A stretch of 64,000 nucleotides of DNA from assembly GCA_043825875.1 (NCBI GenBank), contig JBDRRF010000041.1:35888-99887 (forward strand), read 5' to 3'. The number at the start of each line of letters is the position of its first letter. Positions within the stretch are counted from its first letter, which is position 1. The position numbers were made by a program, and so were the translations under genes. Under the pieces are notes generated by a model. The model saw only the letters and a program-made list of their open reading frames with translations, did not search any database and was not told the origin of the DNA. Source of the stretch: Pseudomonadota bacterium (GTDB lineage: Bacteria > Desulfobacterota > Desulfobacteria > Desulfobacterales > RPRI01). Positions 19,131 through 29,287 of the stretch are shown here, piece after piece.

Positions 19131-19940
19131 CTATGCCTCTGAAAGCATCTGAGTTTCGGCAATTGCCATGAACCCATTGTCAATCTGCAAGTCCACGCCA
19201 TTGATAAAGCTTGCCATATTGCTGTTCAGAAAAACCAGGGGGTGCCCCATTTCTTCTGCCGTGGCATAACGGCCGATCGCGTAGCTCTTTATCATTTCTT
19301 CCCCGTGAGCGGCAATAAAGGCCGACAGTAATGGAGTCGCTGTCGAAGCGGGACTCAGGCTGTTAATCCGGATTCCTTTTTCTATCAACTCGCCCGCTTT
19401 CATCCTCACATAGGCGTTGATACACTCTTTCGATACGGTATAGCCTCCACCAGGAATTGCAGCGAGTCTTGCGGGATCAGCTTTTAGCCAAGCCCGCGCT
19501 TCATCAAAGCCTGGTGTAGCCAGCAATTCACGGTATTTCGACAGATTCGCCCGCCAATTTGCGCCACCCAGTGACGAAATGATTGCAATCGCACCTCCAG
19601 CATCCAGCCGTGGCAAAAGACTCTCTATGAGATGCCTGTGTCCTACAAAGTTTACCATGACAGTATCCACGTCAGAAAAAGGCGGACCCGGCAAGCCAGC
19701 GCAGCAAAAGATGCTATCCACTTTCCGGGGAAGCTGTTGCAATGCCTCGTCAATTGATGCTTTCTTCCCAAGATCCACGGGAATGTACTTTTTTGTTTTG
19801 ACCGGTACTTCTTTTACATCAAGAGCATAGATCTCCGCCCCCAGCTCCAACAACATCTCGGTAGCTGCCAACCCCATTCCGGAGGCTGCGCCGTCGATCA
19901 CGACTTGTTTTCCTTTATAGCCCCAGTAATTTTCTTTCAT
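19131..19940 (-). CDS. SDR, coniferyl-alcohol dehydrogenase / 3-alpha-hydroxysteroid dehydrogenase-like
   Basis: GAASGMG, VNFVGHRHL, YTVSKE, RINSLSP, FINGVDLQIDNG. Confidence 0.8.
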   Translation of the reverse strand: MKENYWGYKGKQVVIDGAASGMGLAATEMLLELGAEIYALDVKEVPVKTKKYIPVDLGKKASIDEALQQLPRKVDSIFCCAGLPGPPFSDVDTVMVNFVGHRHLIESLLPRLDAGGAIAIISSLGGANWRANLSKYRELLATPGFDEARAWLKADPARLAAIPGGGYTVSKECINAYVRMKAGELIEKGIRINSLSPASTATPLLSAFIAAHGEEMIKSYAIGRYATAEEMGHPLVFLNSNMASFINGVDLQIDNGFMAIAETQMLSEA

Positions 19941-19985
19941 ATTTAATATCCTTTGCCTTTAGATTGATTGCTGTTTAACGCATAG

Positions 19986-21842
19986 TCATGCATATAGATC
20001 CCGCGCCACGTTCTCCATGCCTTTCATAGCCTCCAGCGCGCCCCGCTCAGGTTTGCCGGTTTCACGATTCCAACCCAGTGCCGCAAAGAACTTTTCTCCC
20101 ATCATCTTATGGTCGACAGCTACGCCGGCAGTAGGCCCTTCTTTCAAAGGCGGTTCTCCCACAATTCGGGCAGGCATTTGAATGCCTGTAGGTACCAAAC
20201 CCTCACGCAGGTTAAAGGCATGCCTCATAGTCAAAATGCGCAGGCCGGTTTGGTACATGTCCTGATCGTTAAAAGGCATTCCGGTTATAGCCGCGATATA
20301 AGACGGCAGAGAGCCAAATGGAGATGCAAACATAAAGAACATGCAGAAACCTGAAGCATTGAGTACCTCCATATAACAAGTGCCTCCCACGTCAGCTTGA
20401 CCAAAAGAAGGATCAGAAGGCGGAATCCCTGACAATCCACCACCACCTTTACAATGGCGACCCGGTGTCGGATCGTATTGGAAGGTCCGGGCCACTACAG
20501 GCTGCAGTCTGGGATCGTGCATGCCGGGCTCTATACCTGAAAAAGTTATCAGGCACTCGGTTCCCTTGCCCCAGATTTTGGCTGCGCCTGCCGAGCCCCG
20601 GGCCAGTACTTTACCGCATCCATTCTGGTCGGCGATCTTTTGTGTGATCTCCACCACGGCCTCGGCGTTTCCCCATTTCAGATCAATGCCGTCCAGGTCC
20701 TCTTTGGTGAGCACCCCATTCTCATAGCATTCCATTGCCCAGGCCAGGGTAGAACCAGCTGATATAGTATCCAGGCCGTACCGGTTGCAAATTTCATTGC
20801 ACTTCAGGATCGCTTCCACATCGTCAACCAAAAGAAGCGTGCCAAAGGCGGCGGCTGTTTCGTATTCCGGCCGTTCGGTCTCTCCCAAAGGCCACTTGCC
20901 AGAATCCACACGATATACTGCCCCACACTTGAGCGGGCAATTTGCACAGCCATATTTAGCAGTCTTATACTTGGTGTCAAACGACTGCGAACCGATTTTC
21001 TGCGCCTTCTCCTCTCCGAAATCAACAATGCCCACACCTGCCCAGTTCTTCACCGGCGAGTCACCGGACAGGGCTGAAGCCGTGGTAGTTGCTCCTGTAC
21101 CCAGTGTCTTGAATCCGGTCACATACCAACCTATAGGGTCATCCGGAGGATTTTTTATAATCGCCATGCAGGCCTTGTTCAGTTCATTTACTTTTGCCCG
21201 ATCAGCCACCGGAATCTTGCCGGTCCCATGGACTGCGATGGCCTTAAGCTTCTTTGATCCCATCACGGCGCCTGCACCGCCACGGGCCGCAGCTCTGTGC
21301 CCGTCATTTATAATACAGGATATCAGCGACAGCTTTTCACCCGCAGGCCCGATAACTGCTGCCCGCAGCTTGCTCTCGCCCGTCTCCTTTTCAAGGGCCT
21401 TTTGGGTATCTTTAGAATCGAGACCCCAGAGGCGACTTGCGTCGCGGAGTTCGGCCTGTCCATTTTTAATCCACAGGTATACCGGTTTTTGAGATATTCC
21501 TGAGATAAACACAGCATCGTAACCGGCCTTCTTTAACTCCGGGCCGAAGAAACCGCCAGAGTTGGCGTCATTAAAACCGCCGGTAACAGGCGATTTACAT
21601 ACAACTGTGTAGCGTCCTCCTAGTACCGCCCCAGTCCCGGTTACAGGGCCGGTTACAAACCCCAGAATGTTATCCGGGCCCAAAGGATCGGTACGGGGTT
21701 TCATCCTGTCATACAAAACCCTGGCACCGATTCCATATCCCCCAAAGAAATACATAGCAAGGTGATCGTCAAGTATCTCTTCGGTGATGGCGCTTGTGGT
21801 TAGATTGACAAAGAGAATTTTGCCTACATATCCACTAAACAT
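19986..21842 (-). CDS. aor: Aldehyde:ferredoxin oxidoreductase (tungsten AOR family)
   Basis: Start MFSGYVGKILFVNL; KSPVTGG, ELKKAGYD, GAVMGSKKLKAIAV, CANCPLKC, PEYET, GLDTISAG. Confidence 0.92.
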   Translation of the reverse strand: MFSGYVGKILFVNLTTSAITEEILDDHLAMYFFGGYGIGARVLYDRMKPRTDPLGPDNILGFVTGPVTGTGAVLGGRYTVVCKSPVTGGFNDANSGGFFGPELKKAGYDAVFISGISQKPVYLWIKNGQAELRDASRLWGLDSKDTQKALEKETGESKLRAAVIGPAGEKLSLISCIINDGHRAAARGGAGAVMGSKKLKAIAVHGTGKIPVADRAKVNELNKACMAIIKNPPDDPIGWYVTGFKTLGTGATTTASALSGDSPVKNWAGVGIVDFGEEKAQKIGSQSFDTKYKTAKYGCANCPLKCGAVYRVDSGKWPLGETERPEYETAAAFGTLLLVDDVEAILKCNEICNRYGLDTISAGSTLAWAMECYENGVLTKEDLDGIDLKWGNAEAVVEITQKIADQNGCGKVLARGSAGAAKIWGKGTECLITFSGIEPGMHDPRLQPVVARTFQYDPTPGRHCKGGGGLSGIPPSDPSFGQADVGGTCYMEVLNASGFCMFFMFASPFGSLPSYIAAITGMPFNDQDMYQTGLRILTMRHAFNLREGLVPTGIQMPARIVGEPPLKEGPTAGVAVDHKMMGEKFFAALGWNRETGKPERGALEAMKGMENVARDLYA

Positions 21843-21913
21843 AAGGGTACCTCCTATTTTCTTGCATATAAAAGTACAAAAACTTACTTTTCCTACAAAA
21901 GCGATACCGGGAC

Positions 21914-22939
21914 TTATTTTGCCTGAGATCCGACAACCGGTATAGCACCCATGACTTTTATCTGGTTGCCCTCTGTTATAATAGCCGCAGAACGTGTGCC
22001 CACAATAAAACCTCTGTTGCCACCAAGAAGAGCAGTACCGGAAAACCAATTAAGTTTTACCTCCAATGGCACGGGAATGGAGCTCCAGGTCTTGCCGCTA
22101 TCGTTGGTTGTGACAATCGTACCACGATCTCCGGCAGCGATTCCGTAATTCTCGCCCAATTTAACATCATAAAGGGCTTGCCCCTCTGTCGATTCGCCGG
22201 TATTGGCTTTAATAGGCTGCCAGGTATGACCTCCGTCATCTGTTATCAGCATGATGCTGCTCAAACCAACGGCTACCCCGTGCTGCTTTGAAGAAAAGGA
22301 TATCCCAAAAAGGGTCGTTTCCGTGCCTGACTTTTGGGGAGACCAGTTCTTACCACCGTCTTCCGTATGCAGTATCGTCCCGAATTCCCCGGCCATCCAG
22401 CCTTCCTCTTCCCCCTTAAAATCGATAGCGTATATGATAACATCCTCCGGGTAGCTCCTGTCCTCCCAGGTCTTGCCACCGTCTTCCGTATAGAAAACAG
22501 CTCCCCAATCCCCTGAGGCCCAGCACTTTTGAGGGCTTACGGCCTTAACCGCAAGTAGTTGTTTTCTTTTGGGAGCCTTCTGCTCCTCCCAGGTTTTGCC
22601 GCCATCAACAGTATGAAATATTGTCCCGGATTTTCCTACAACCCAGCCTGCTTTGGAATCACAGAAAGAAATGGACAAGAGAAGAATTTCCGTTGCTATG
22701 GTTTGCCTTTCCCAGTTCCTTCCTTCATCTGTAGTATGATACACAGAGCCCCTGGCGCCTGCGGCCCATCCCTCCTTGTCACCGACAAAACATACTGAAT
22801 AAAGGTGATCGCCATAGACTTGCTTTTCTTCCGTAGCATAAACCGAATTGCCGGTGAAAATCAGCAACACTGATAACAATACTATTGTAACAAAAGGGAT
22901 TCTTTTCTGTTTCATCTTTTTCCTCGCCACCCTCTTCAT
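21914..22939 (-). CDS. YCF48/BNR beta-propeller periplasmic protein, copy 2
   Basis: Asp-box repeats, signal peptide, paralogue of 2414-3433. Confidence 0.9.
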   Translation of the reverse strand: MKRVARKKMKQKRIPFVTIVLLSVLLIFTGNSVYATEEKQVYGDHLYSVCFVGDKEGWAAGARGSVYHTTDEGRNWERQTIATEILLLSISFCDSKAGWVVGKSGTIFHTVDGGKTWEEQKAPKRKQLLAVKAVSPQKCWASGDWGAVFYTEDGGKTWEDRSYPEDVIIYAIDFKGEEEGWMAGEFGTILHTEDGGKNWSPQKSGTETTLFGISFSSKQHGVAVGLSSIMLITDDGGHTWQPIKANTGESTEGQALYDVKLGENYGIAAGDRGTIVTTNDSGKTWSSIPVPLEVKLNWFSGTALLGGNRGFIVGTRSAAIITEGNQIKVMGAIPVVGSQAK

Positions 22940-22951
22940 GATTATTTTATT

Positions 22952-25363
22952 TTAAGCCCTGTATTTATGTAAAATCTTTTCCGGACCGATGATAGAAACC
23001 AACGCCGGTAAAACCGTGAGAGCCCCCACCATGTTGGCAACCAGAAGAAAAGCCAGCAACATTGCCATTTCAGCCTGGAATTTGAAGCTGGCAAAAACAA
23101 AAAATATGACCGACACCACCAGTGTGGTGGAAGTAAATATGATGGCTTTTCCCGTTGTTGTAATAGCCATATAGCGGGCCTTTGTGTAGTCACCCTGGCT
23201 GAACTGATATTCTTCCGCCAGCCGGCTTAAGATATAAATGCCGTAGTCTACACCTATGCCTACGCCCACCGATGCCACCGGCAGCGAATTGATGTTCAAA
23301 TCGATTCCCATTGTCAGCATCAAAAGATCGCTCAACACCTGAGACACCAACAATGGTATAAAAAGCACCACCGCTCCCCACCAGGTTCTATAGGCAATTG
23401 TGCAGAACAGGAAAGTGGCGCCAAATATAAGGCCCATGTTAATCCAGTAGGACCATTCCACTTCCTCATTTACGGCAGCAAGAATTCCCAGGATGCCGCC
23501 CGCCAGATGGAAGGTCACCTGCTTGGCCGGATTATTCCTGATATATTCTTTAAGAGACGAAAGGGCCTTTTTTATTGACGTATTGTTATAATCACGGAAG
23601 TAAAGTGTTACTGTCGCATTGGTATTCTCGGCAGCTACGTATCGGTCCATCTCGCTGCCGCTTGTAGACCCGGCGATCAAACGCAATACCTGTTCCACAT
23701 CCCCCGATTTTTCCGGCAACATAGCCCACTTGGGATTTCCTTCATGAAACATCCTGAAAACTGTTTTAATCATGTCGCTGATGGTAACGGCACCTCCAAC
23801 GGAGGGTATGTGATTGGTGGCATACCTTCCCATATCATCGATGAGTCTTACTGTTTCTTCATCCGCGATCGCTCCTTCCTTTTTGCCTTCGGCGACAACA
23901 ATAAGCTGGCTGGAGCCGATAAATTCCTTGTTTATAAGATCGCCTGCAATATTATAGGGATGATCATCATACAAGATAGCCTTGCCGGCGCTGGTATCAC
24001 CTACCTTCAGATACTTTTGTGTAACATAACCGCCTCCAAAGATAATTAAAATAACCAGTGCCAGGACAACCCACTTCCTGCTCCCCTGGGACAAAGCAAT
24101 CAGCAATTCACCCAACTTCACATAAATTTTATCACCTGGACGGGCGGTAATACTTTTAATTTTTTCTCTGGCCTCATCTATACTCAGACCGGCCAGTTGT
24201 CCTTTCTTTAAATGTTTTGCCCGCGGCGGAGGTAAAAGCGAAACCAGCACGGGGTGCATGACAATTGAGCTGACATAGATAGAGATAATCCAGAAACTAC
24301 CGTAGATGGCCAGATTACGCATAAGCGGGATACTGGCCACAGCGATGGTTAATACCCCCAGGCCATCGGTGATCAGTCCCAAAATGCCGGGCTTGTATAA
24401 ATAGCCGTAGGCGTTGATAATAGCTTCCTTCTGTTCCCCAACGGCAGCATATTCCTCATGGTACCGTTCCATGGACTGGACGGAATGGCTCAAGGCCCTG
24501 GCTGATAAAAGCAGCGGCACCACCAATACCAGAGGGTCAACGCTTATATTCAGGGCAGCGGCAAACCCCAGGCCCCATATAGCGCTTACCAGCGCTGAAA
24601 TCATTGGAATGAAGATCCCCATAAAACTTCTAAAATACCACCAGAGCAAAATAAGCATAACTACCCCGGTTACAATAAAAACATTATATAGCTGAGGGGT
24701 ATAGTGAGCTATCCATGCATAAAGCATCGGGTATCCGGTAATGTAAAGGGTGTTGTTATCATCGTCTGCTTCCGACTTGATCTTCTTCATTTCCTTGAAA
24801 AGATTATCAAGATCCAGACCCTCTTCCCAAAACCCTGCGGATATCAAAGCCGCTTTATCATCGAGGGAGACATACATACCACGCACTCCCTCGTTGCTAT
24901 AGACCTTCTCCTTTAAAATTTTCATTTCCTCCGGAGTCTCTAACACACCCTTCACTATGGGCTCGATATTGATTCCCCCGGCACCCACACCGTAGTTCTT
25001 GAGCCTGGGATGAGTCAGTGAGATAATCTGCAGATTATCCACCCCTTTGACGGCCATGATTTGTTTGGTGATCCGGTCCACCTTTTTAATAGTTTCAACG
25101 TTATAGATGTCACCGTTTTTCACCACTAAGGCCAAGGTCATCACATTCGCCGTACCGAACATGCTGCGATATTGCTTATAAAGCTCGATATACTCATGTT
25201 TTGGAGGATAGAGATCAAAAAAATCAGTGTGGACTCTCAGACTGAAGCACTTGTAACCGAAAAACAGGGTTCCTAAAACAATCAGCGTCAGCATCAGAAC
25301 AGGACGACCTACATGAAATTCGACCAACTTTAACCAAATTGTCTTTTTATGTTCGCTTGTCAT
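22952..25363 (-). CDS. RND/MMPL-family transporter permease, copy 2
   Basis: Near-colinear paralogue of 3544-5955. Confidence 0.92.
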   Translation of the reverse strand: MTSEHKKTIWLKLVEFHVGRPVLMLTLIVLGTLFFGYKCFSLRVHTDFFDLYPPKHEYIELYKQYRSMFGTANVMTLALVVKNGDIYNVETIKKVDRITKQIMAVKGVDNLQIISLTHPRLKNYGVGAGGINIEPIVKGVLETPEEMKILKEKVYSNEGVRGMYVSLDDKAALISAGFWEEGLDLDNLFKEMKKIKSEADDDNNTLYITGYPMLYAWIAHYTPQLYNVFIVTGVVMLILLWWYFRSFMGIFIPMISALVSAIWGLGFAAALNISVDPLVLVVPLLLSARALSHSVQSMERYHEEYAAVGEQKEAIINAYGYLYKPGILGLITDGLGVLTIAVASIPLMRNLAIYGSFWIISIYVSSIVMHPVLVSLLPPPRAKHLKKGQLAGLSIDEAREKIKSITARPGDKIYVKLGELLIALSQGSRKWVVLALVILIIFGGGYVTQKYLKVGDTSAGKAILYDDHPYNIAGDLINKEFIGSSQLIVVAEGKKEGAIADEETVRLIDDMGRYATNHIPSVGGAVTISDMIKTVFRMFHEGNPKWAMLPEKSGDVEQVLRLIAGSTSGSEMDRYVAAENTNATVTLYFRDYNNTSIKKALSSLKEYIRNNPAKQVTFHLAGGILGILAAVNEEVEWSYWINMGLIFGATFLFCTIAYRTWWGAVVLFIPLLVSQVLSDLLMLTMGIDLNINSLPVASVGVGIGVDYGIYILSRLAEEYQFSQGDYTKARYMAITTTGKAIIFTSTTLVVSVIFFVFASFKFQAEMAMLLAFLLVANMVGALTVLPALVSIIGPEKILHKYRA

Positions 25364-25480
25364 CAATTACTCCTCACAATGATTAATTGTGTCTTCAACT
25401 TTAATGTTCTCAAATAGAGCCAAATCCTTAAGTGCCTCGCATGAACGGGAAAAATGTTTTGTAATTATTTCTCATTATTT

Positions 25481-25531
25481 GGGGACTAATTCCATATGTT
25501 TCATATCGTTGAAAAGATGAAATCAGTCCCC
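25481..25531 (-). other. Conserved intergenic stem-loop (DUF1329 to RND), copy 2
   Basis: GGGGACTAATT...AATCAGTCCCC stem. Confidence 0.5.
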
Positions 25532-25590
25532 GCACAAAAAACGCCCCTGAATGATTCTATTCTGAAAGCATCCGGGCATTAACCGGCCTT

Positions 25591-26916
25591 TTATTTGGAC
25601 AGGGCCATTAAATTACTCTTCGTGAAAAAATCCATCGACATCCTGGAAAGAGGCATACACATCGCGTAGTTATCGCCCTCTGCATTGATGTGAATGGTTA
25701 CTGTGGCATGACGGGCCTTTTCGTCAATTTGTGTCTGGTCATGCATTATCCCTGCATTATTATCACCATCCGGGGCTTCGTTATAGTCTCCGACATTAAA
25801 TGTCCAAGTTCGGAATTCCCCGGCCTTGGTATCTATTTCCTTCATCCAGATCTCGTTGGTCTCCTTATCCACCCAATTTCTGTGCAAGCCCCAGGCATAA
25901 TAAGGATCTCTTGGCTTCTGCTCAATAACCCAGCATTTTCTGGGAACCCAGGTTGCACTGGTAAGCGCCCACTTAGCGCCAGTCCAGCCGGGAGTGTCAT
26001 AACCGTATTTATTCTTAGTTGCGTTCAGGAAAAGCGTTCCATCAGGATCTTTCTTAATCATTGTTTTATTGGTGCTGGCAAAAGGAACAAGGATCGTCTG
26101 CTCACCCACAAGCTTCCATGTCATCGTTCTGTTTTTACCGCCCCACAAGAAAGTCAGATCCTGCCAGCCATCGGACCCCATCCAGGGGTCGGACCTGCTC
26201 ACCCCTGAGGTTTGCCGAATCCGCCGGATGACAGGTACATAAGCCATCTGAACCATGTCGCGTTTATCCATATAATCCCAGTCTAACTGATTGGTGTTTC
26301 GCATACTGTAAGGTTCTTTGATTATGCCGAATTCAGCATAAGACCAATGTTCTGGATTTTTGCTCTCCGGCACCGCCTGCCACGTCGGCCGGCCCTGTAT
26401 GCCCATGAGACGGGAATCTGAAAGTATATATCGGTGGATGCCCTTGTCGTTATTTACCCATTGAATGCGTTGCTGATAATGATACCCTCCTATACTGCCT
26501 TTATTAAAATAGACGTTCCACATGATCTTTTCTGCGGCTTTGGGATCTTTTGAATCGATATCGGGAAAAGGAAATCCATAAATATGATACATAGGAATCT
26601 TCCCCGTTTTATCGACCAAATCACCCTCGGCGTTTATTTGAAATTTCCCGGCATTCTTCTGACCCGCCTCCAGAAACGTATTCCAGTGCTTATACTCAAA
26701 GTTCAATTCCCCGGTGTTGAGAATATAGTCACCCCTTTCTACAGCCCGGTAAAGGGCGGGCATGAGTATGTCCTTATATTGTGCGACATTGCTCTTATCT
26801 ATTGTCTTGGCAATTTCCTCAGCCGCCTGGACAGGACCGGCCCCAAACAGCATAACCAACACTGCAAATAGAGAGCAGATCCACCATCCTGAAAATCTAA
26901 TTGTTTTAGTTCTCAC
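25591..26916 (-). CDS. DUF1329 domain periplasmic protein, copy 2
   Basis: GTG start at 26916 with AAGGAGG RBS, AYVPVIRRIR...RSDPWMGSD, PRDPYYAW. Confidence 0.85.
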   Translation of the reverse strand: MRTKTIRFSGWWICSLFAVLVMLFGAGPVQAAEEIAKTIDKSNVAQYKDILMPALYRAVERGDYILNTGELNFEYKHWNTFLEAGQKNAGKFQINAEGDLVDKTGKIPMYHIYGFPFPDIDSKDPKAAEKIMWNVYFNKGSIGGYHYQQRIQWVNNDKGIHRYILSDSRLMGIQGRPTWQAVPESKNPEHWSYAEFGIIKEPYSMRNTNQLDWDYMDKRDMVQMAYVPVIRRIRQTSGVSRSDPWMGSDGWQDLTFLWGGKNRTMTWKLVGEQTILVPFASTNKTMIKKDPDGTLFLNATKNKYGYDTPGWTGAKWALTSATWVPRKCWVIEQKPRDPYYAWGLHRNWVDKETNEIWMKEIDTKAGEFRTWTFNVGDYNEAPDGDNNAGIMHDQTQIDEKARHATVTIHINAEGDNYAMCMPLSRMSMDFFTKSNLMALSK

Positions 26917-26981
26917 TTTTCCCTCCTTGTAGCTATCGTAAGAATGAAATAAGCCGCTTGTTATTTTTTTTTCGCTCATGC

Positions 26982-28532
26982 TCACCATTCGTAACCCATT
27001 TTTAATGTCAACTCACTCGTACCTACAAGTCCCGCAAAGCCCGACTTGGCCGTCTTATCTCCCAAAAATGCATGTAAACCCATATTGGCATAAAGATTGG
27101 AGGATATTTGCCAGCTTACAGTCGGATGGATATAACCCGAACCTCCTCCTGCCCCTGACCTTCCAGGATTATAGGCGGCAGCAATCAAGGGAGAAATTCT
27201 ACCCTGCCACCAGCTCCAACTCATGTTAAACCCGATTATGTCCATATCTCTTACCGGGCTCCCCGCTTTAGAAGCTTCAGGATGGTTAAAAGCCGAATCC
27301 CAACTGTTAATCTTCTGGTGTATCCACTCCAGGGAAAAACCAATCGGCTCGTGACTGGTAATCCATCGAACATAAATGTTCTTGTCAATTGCTACCATAT
27401 ACAGGGTTACCGGTTTCATGCGATATGTTGCCAGGCTCATTGGCGCCAGGGTTTTCAATTCCGGTACCGCAAGAGTAACCGGCTGATTTGAATGCTGAGC
27501 AATCTCGCCTCTTAAAACCAGGTCCAACGGTGAGATCTGATAACTGAAATAAGCGCCGTAAACATCCTGGGTCGGATGAGTTAACAAAGCCTTTGTAGGA
27601 ATCATGCCGACACCGGGTATGGTGATAAAATCCGTTAAAACTGTGGCAGGATCATTGTTAACGTCCCGGTAGTAAGCCATTGATAAACTGAGCAACCCAA
27701 TGTCCGCAGTTAATTTTGCCCCATACTCCTGCTTATTGGTGGGCACATCCTGCCTGACATCCAAGCCTCTGAAGGCGGCGAAAGGTAATATGGAAACGTA
27801 AGGCGCGTTCATGCCTGCCGTTGGGTTAAGGGCAACACTGTCCAGTGGCCCGAACTGCGAAGGCCGGATGTCGGGAACCCACAACAAATCAAGATTCAGT
27901 CTTAAACCCCCTATAGGTGGAGCGCTGTAGTTTAACCTTGCCATCCAAAGAGGAATAGCAACGTCATCAGGGTTCTGAAAAAACAGCTGATAGGATTGAT
28001 CCTTGGGACAAATAACATCCAAAAGGGTGGCGTTGGCCGAAGACTCACCCCAGGAAACGAGCTGCCTCCCCGGCCGGAAGAAAGCACTGCCCAGTGGTCC
28101 ACCATAAGTAAAGTCAATAAATGCCTCGCGCAAATCAGACTCAAATCTGATATCCTTTAAACCATAATCAAATCTTGAAGCGCCAATATTTTCAGTAATG
28201 TCACCATATTTATTGGCACGTAAATCGAAGATCGAGTCATAAGCCCCCCGAAAGGTTATTTGGAACTTCTGCACCGCGAAATCTTCCCCTTTTAAATCAG
28301 GATTAATTGAAACATCGAACTTTAATGTATTTCTCTGCTGAACCCCGTTCAGATGGTCCAGGAAACCATACTGAATGCCGTTCTGATCACGCATAACCAT
28401 GTTTGATTCAAAATAACCGTGGAAACCAACTGCACTCTCCGCACTAACCCCAGTGGCAAGAAGCCCCATCATGGCTGCAACAACAAAAATATACAACCAC
28501 TTGCTTTTTCTATTTCCTCCTCTACTGCTCAT
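26982..28532 (-). CDS. DUF1302 family outer-membrane protein, copy 2
   Basis: ATG at 28532 with AGGAG RBS, LREAFID, GRQLVSWGE, C-terminal YEW. Confidence 0.85.
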   Translation of the reverse strand: MSSRGGNRKSKWLYIFVVAAMMGLLATGVSAESAVGFHGYFESNMVMRDQNGIQYGFLDHLNGVQQRNTLKFDVSINPDLKGEDFAVQKFQITFRGAYDSIFDLRANKYGDITENIGASRFDYGLKDIRFESDLREAFIDFTYGGPLGSAFFRPGRQLVSWGESSANATLLDVICPKDQSYQLFFQNPDDVAIPLWMARLNYSAPPIGGLRLNLDLLWVPDIRPSQFGPLDSVALNPTAGMNAPYVSILPFAAFRGLDVRQDVPTNKQEYGAKLTADIGLLSLSMAYYRDVNNDPATVLTDFITIPGVGMIPTKALLTHPTQDVYGAYFSYQISPLDLVLRGEIAQHSNQPVTLAVPELKTLAPMSLATYRMKPVTLYMVAIDKNIYVRWITSHEPIGFSLEWIHQKINSWDSAFNHPEASKAGSPVRDMDIIGFNMSWSWWQGRISPLIAAAYNPGRSGAGGGSGYIHPTVSWQISSNLYANMGLHAFLGDKTAKSGFAGLVGTSELTLKMGYEW

Positions 28533-28845
28533 AATCTTTTCTCCTTTTGTATAGTGTTTTGATAACAACTTTACAAATACCAACTCCCATTCCTTTTTTT
28601 ATACCCCTCCTTTTTTATAGTATTTGACAGCACTAAAGAAATTCCTACCACCATCGCATCATAATATACTGCGCGAGCGGAGATAATCTGATGTTGCCTC
28701 AACGCCGGCAATTGGCGTTTTCCCTCAAAGTTGAATAAAGAAATATTGCAGGTAATAGTAGCATTAGTCTTTTTACTGATTTAGTTATAAGCCTAAATTG
28801 ACAAATGCCTATTATATTCCATTAACAGGTAAAATTAATATCCCC

Positions 28846-28898
28846 CCATAGTTCGTCAGGATTTTTACTATGGAGAATCTATAAACAATTTACTATGG
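28846..28898. promoter_or_regulatory. Candidate operator in the divergent promoter region
   Basis: CCATAGT-N14-ACTATGG inverted repeat plus a second TTTACTATGG direct copy at 28889-28898. Confidence 0.3.
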
Positions 28899-29157
28899 CA
28901 GAAACGTACAGAGCAGGAGTTTGTTGAACAGTAAACGGTATTTTCGGGCATCAGCCATTATGCATTAATTAAGTATTTCCTTAAAATTGCTCAAAACAGA
29001 TAAAATATTTTCCATGTCTTTGCCGCCAAACACCACGGCTTGTTTTAGCAGTATTTCTAATCCTAAATCACAATGTTTCGAAAAATCTTTTTCGGTTTTG
29101 CTATTTCTGGCAAGAAAACCCAATAGGTGAAAATTGTCGGGGCTGTTTTATCCCAAC

Positions 29158-29186
29158 TTGACACAAAAACTTTCTTTTGGTATATG
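29158..29186 (+). promoter_or_regulatory. Putative sigma-70 promoter of regulator copy 2
   Basis: TTGACA-17 nt-TATATG with extended TG. Confidence 0.6.
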
Positions 29187-29287
29187 TAAAAAAAGTAAAA
29201 GATCGAAATAATAATTGCATTCCATCTATTCAGCAGTTCCTGATTTTTAAGCATCAACGGCACTTTGTGTCCTTATTAGGATAAATT

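Noticed and set aside
28805..28822. Possible minus-strand sigma-54 promoter (TGGAATATAATAGGCA)
   Set aside because: GG-N10-GC spacing is present but the match to TGGCAC/TTGC is poor
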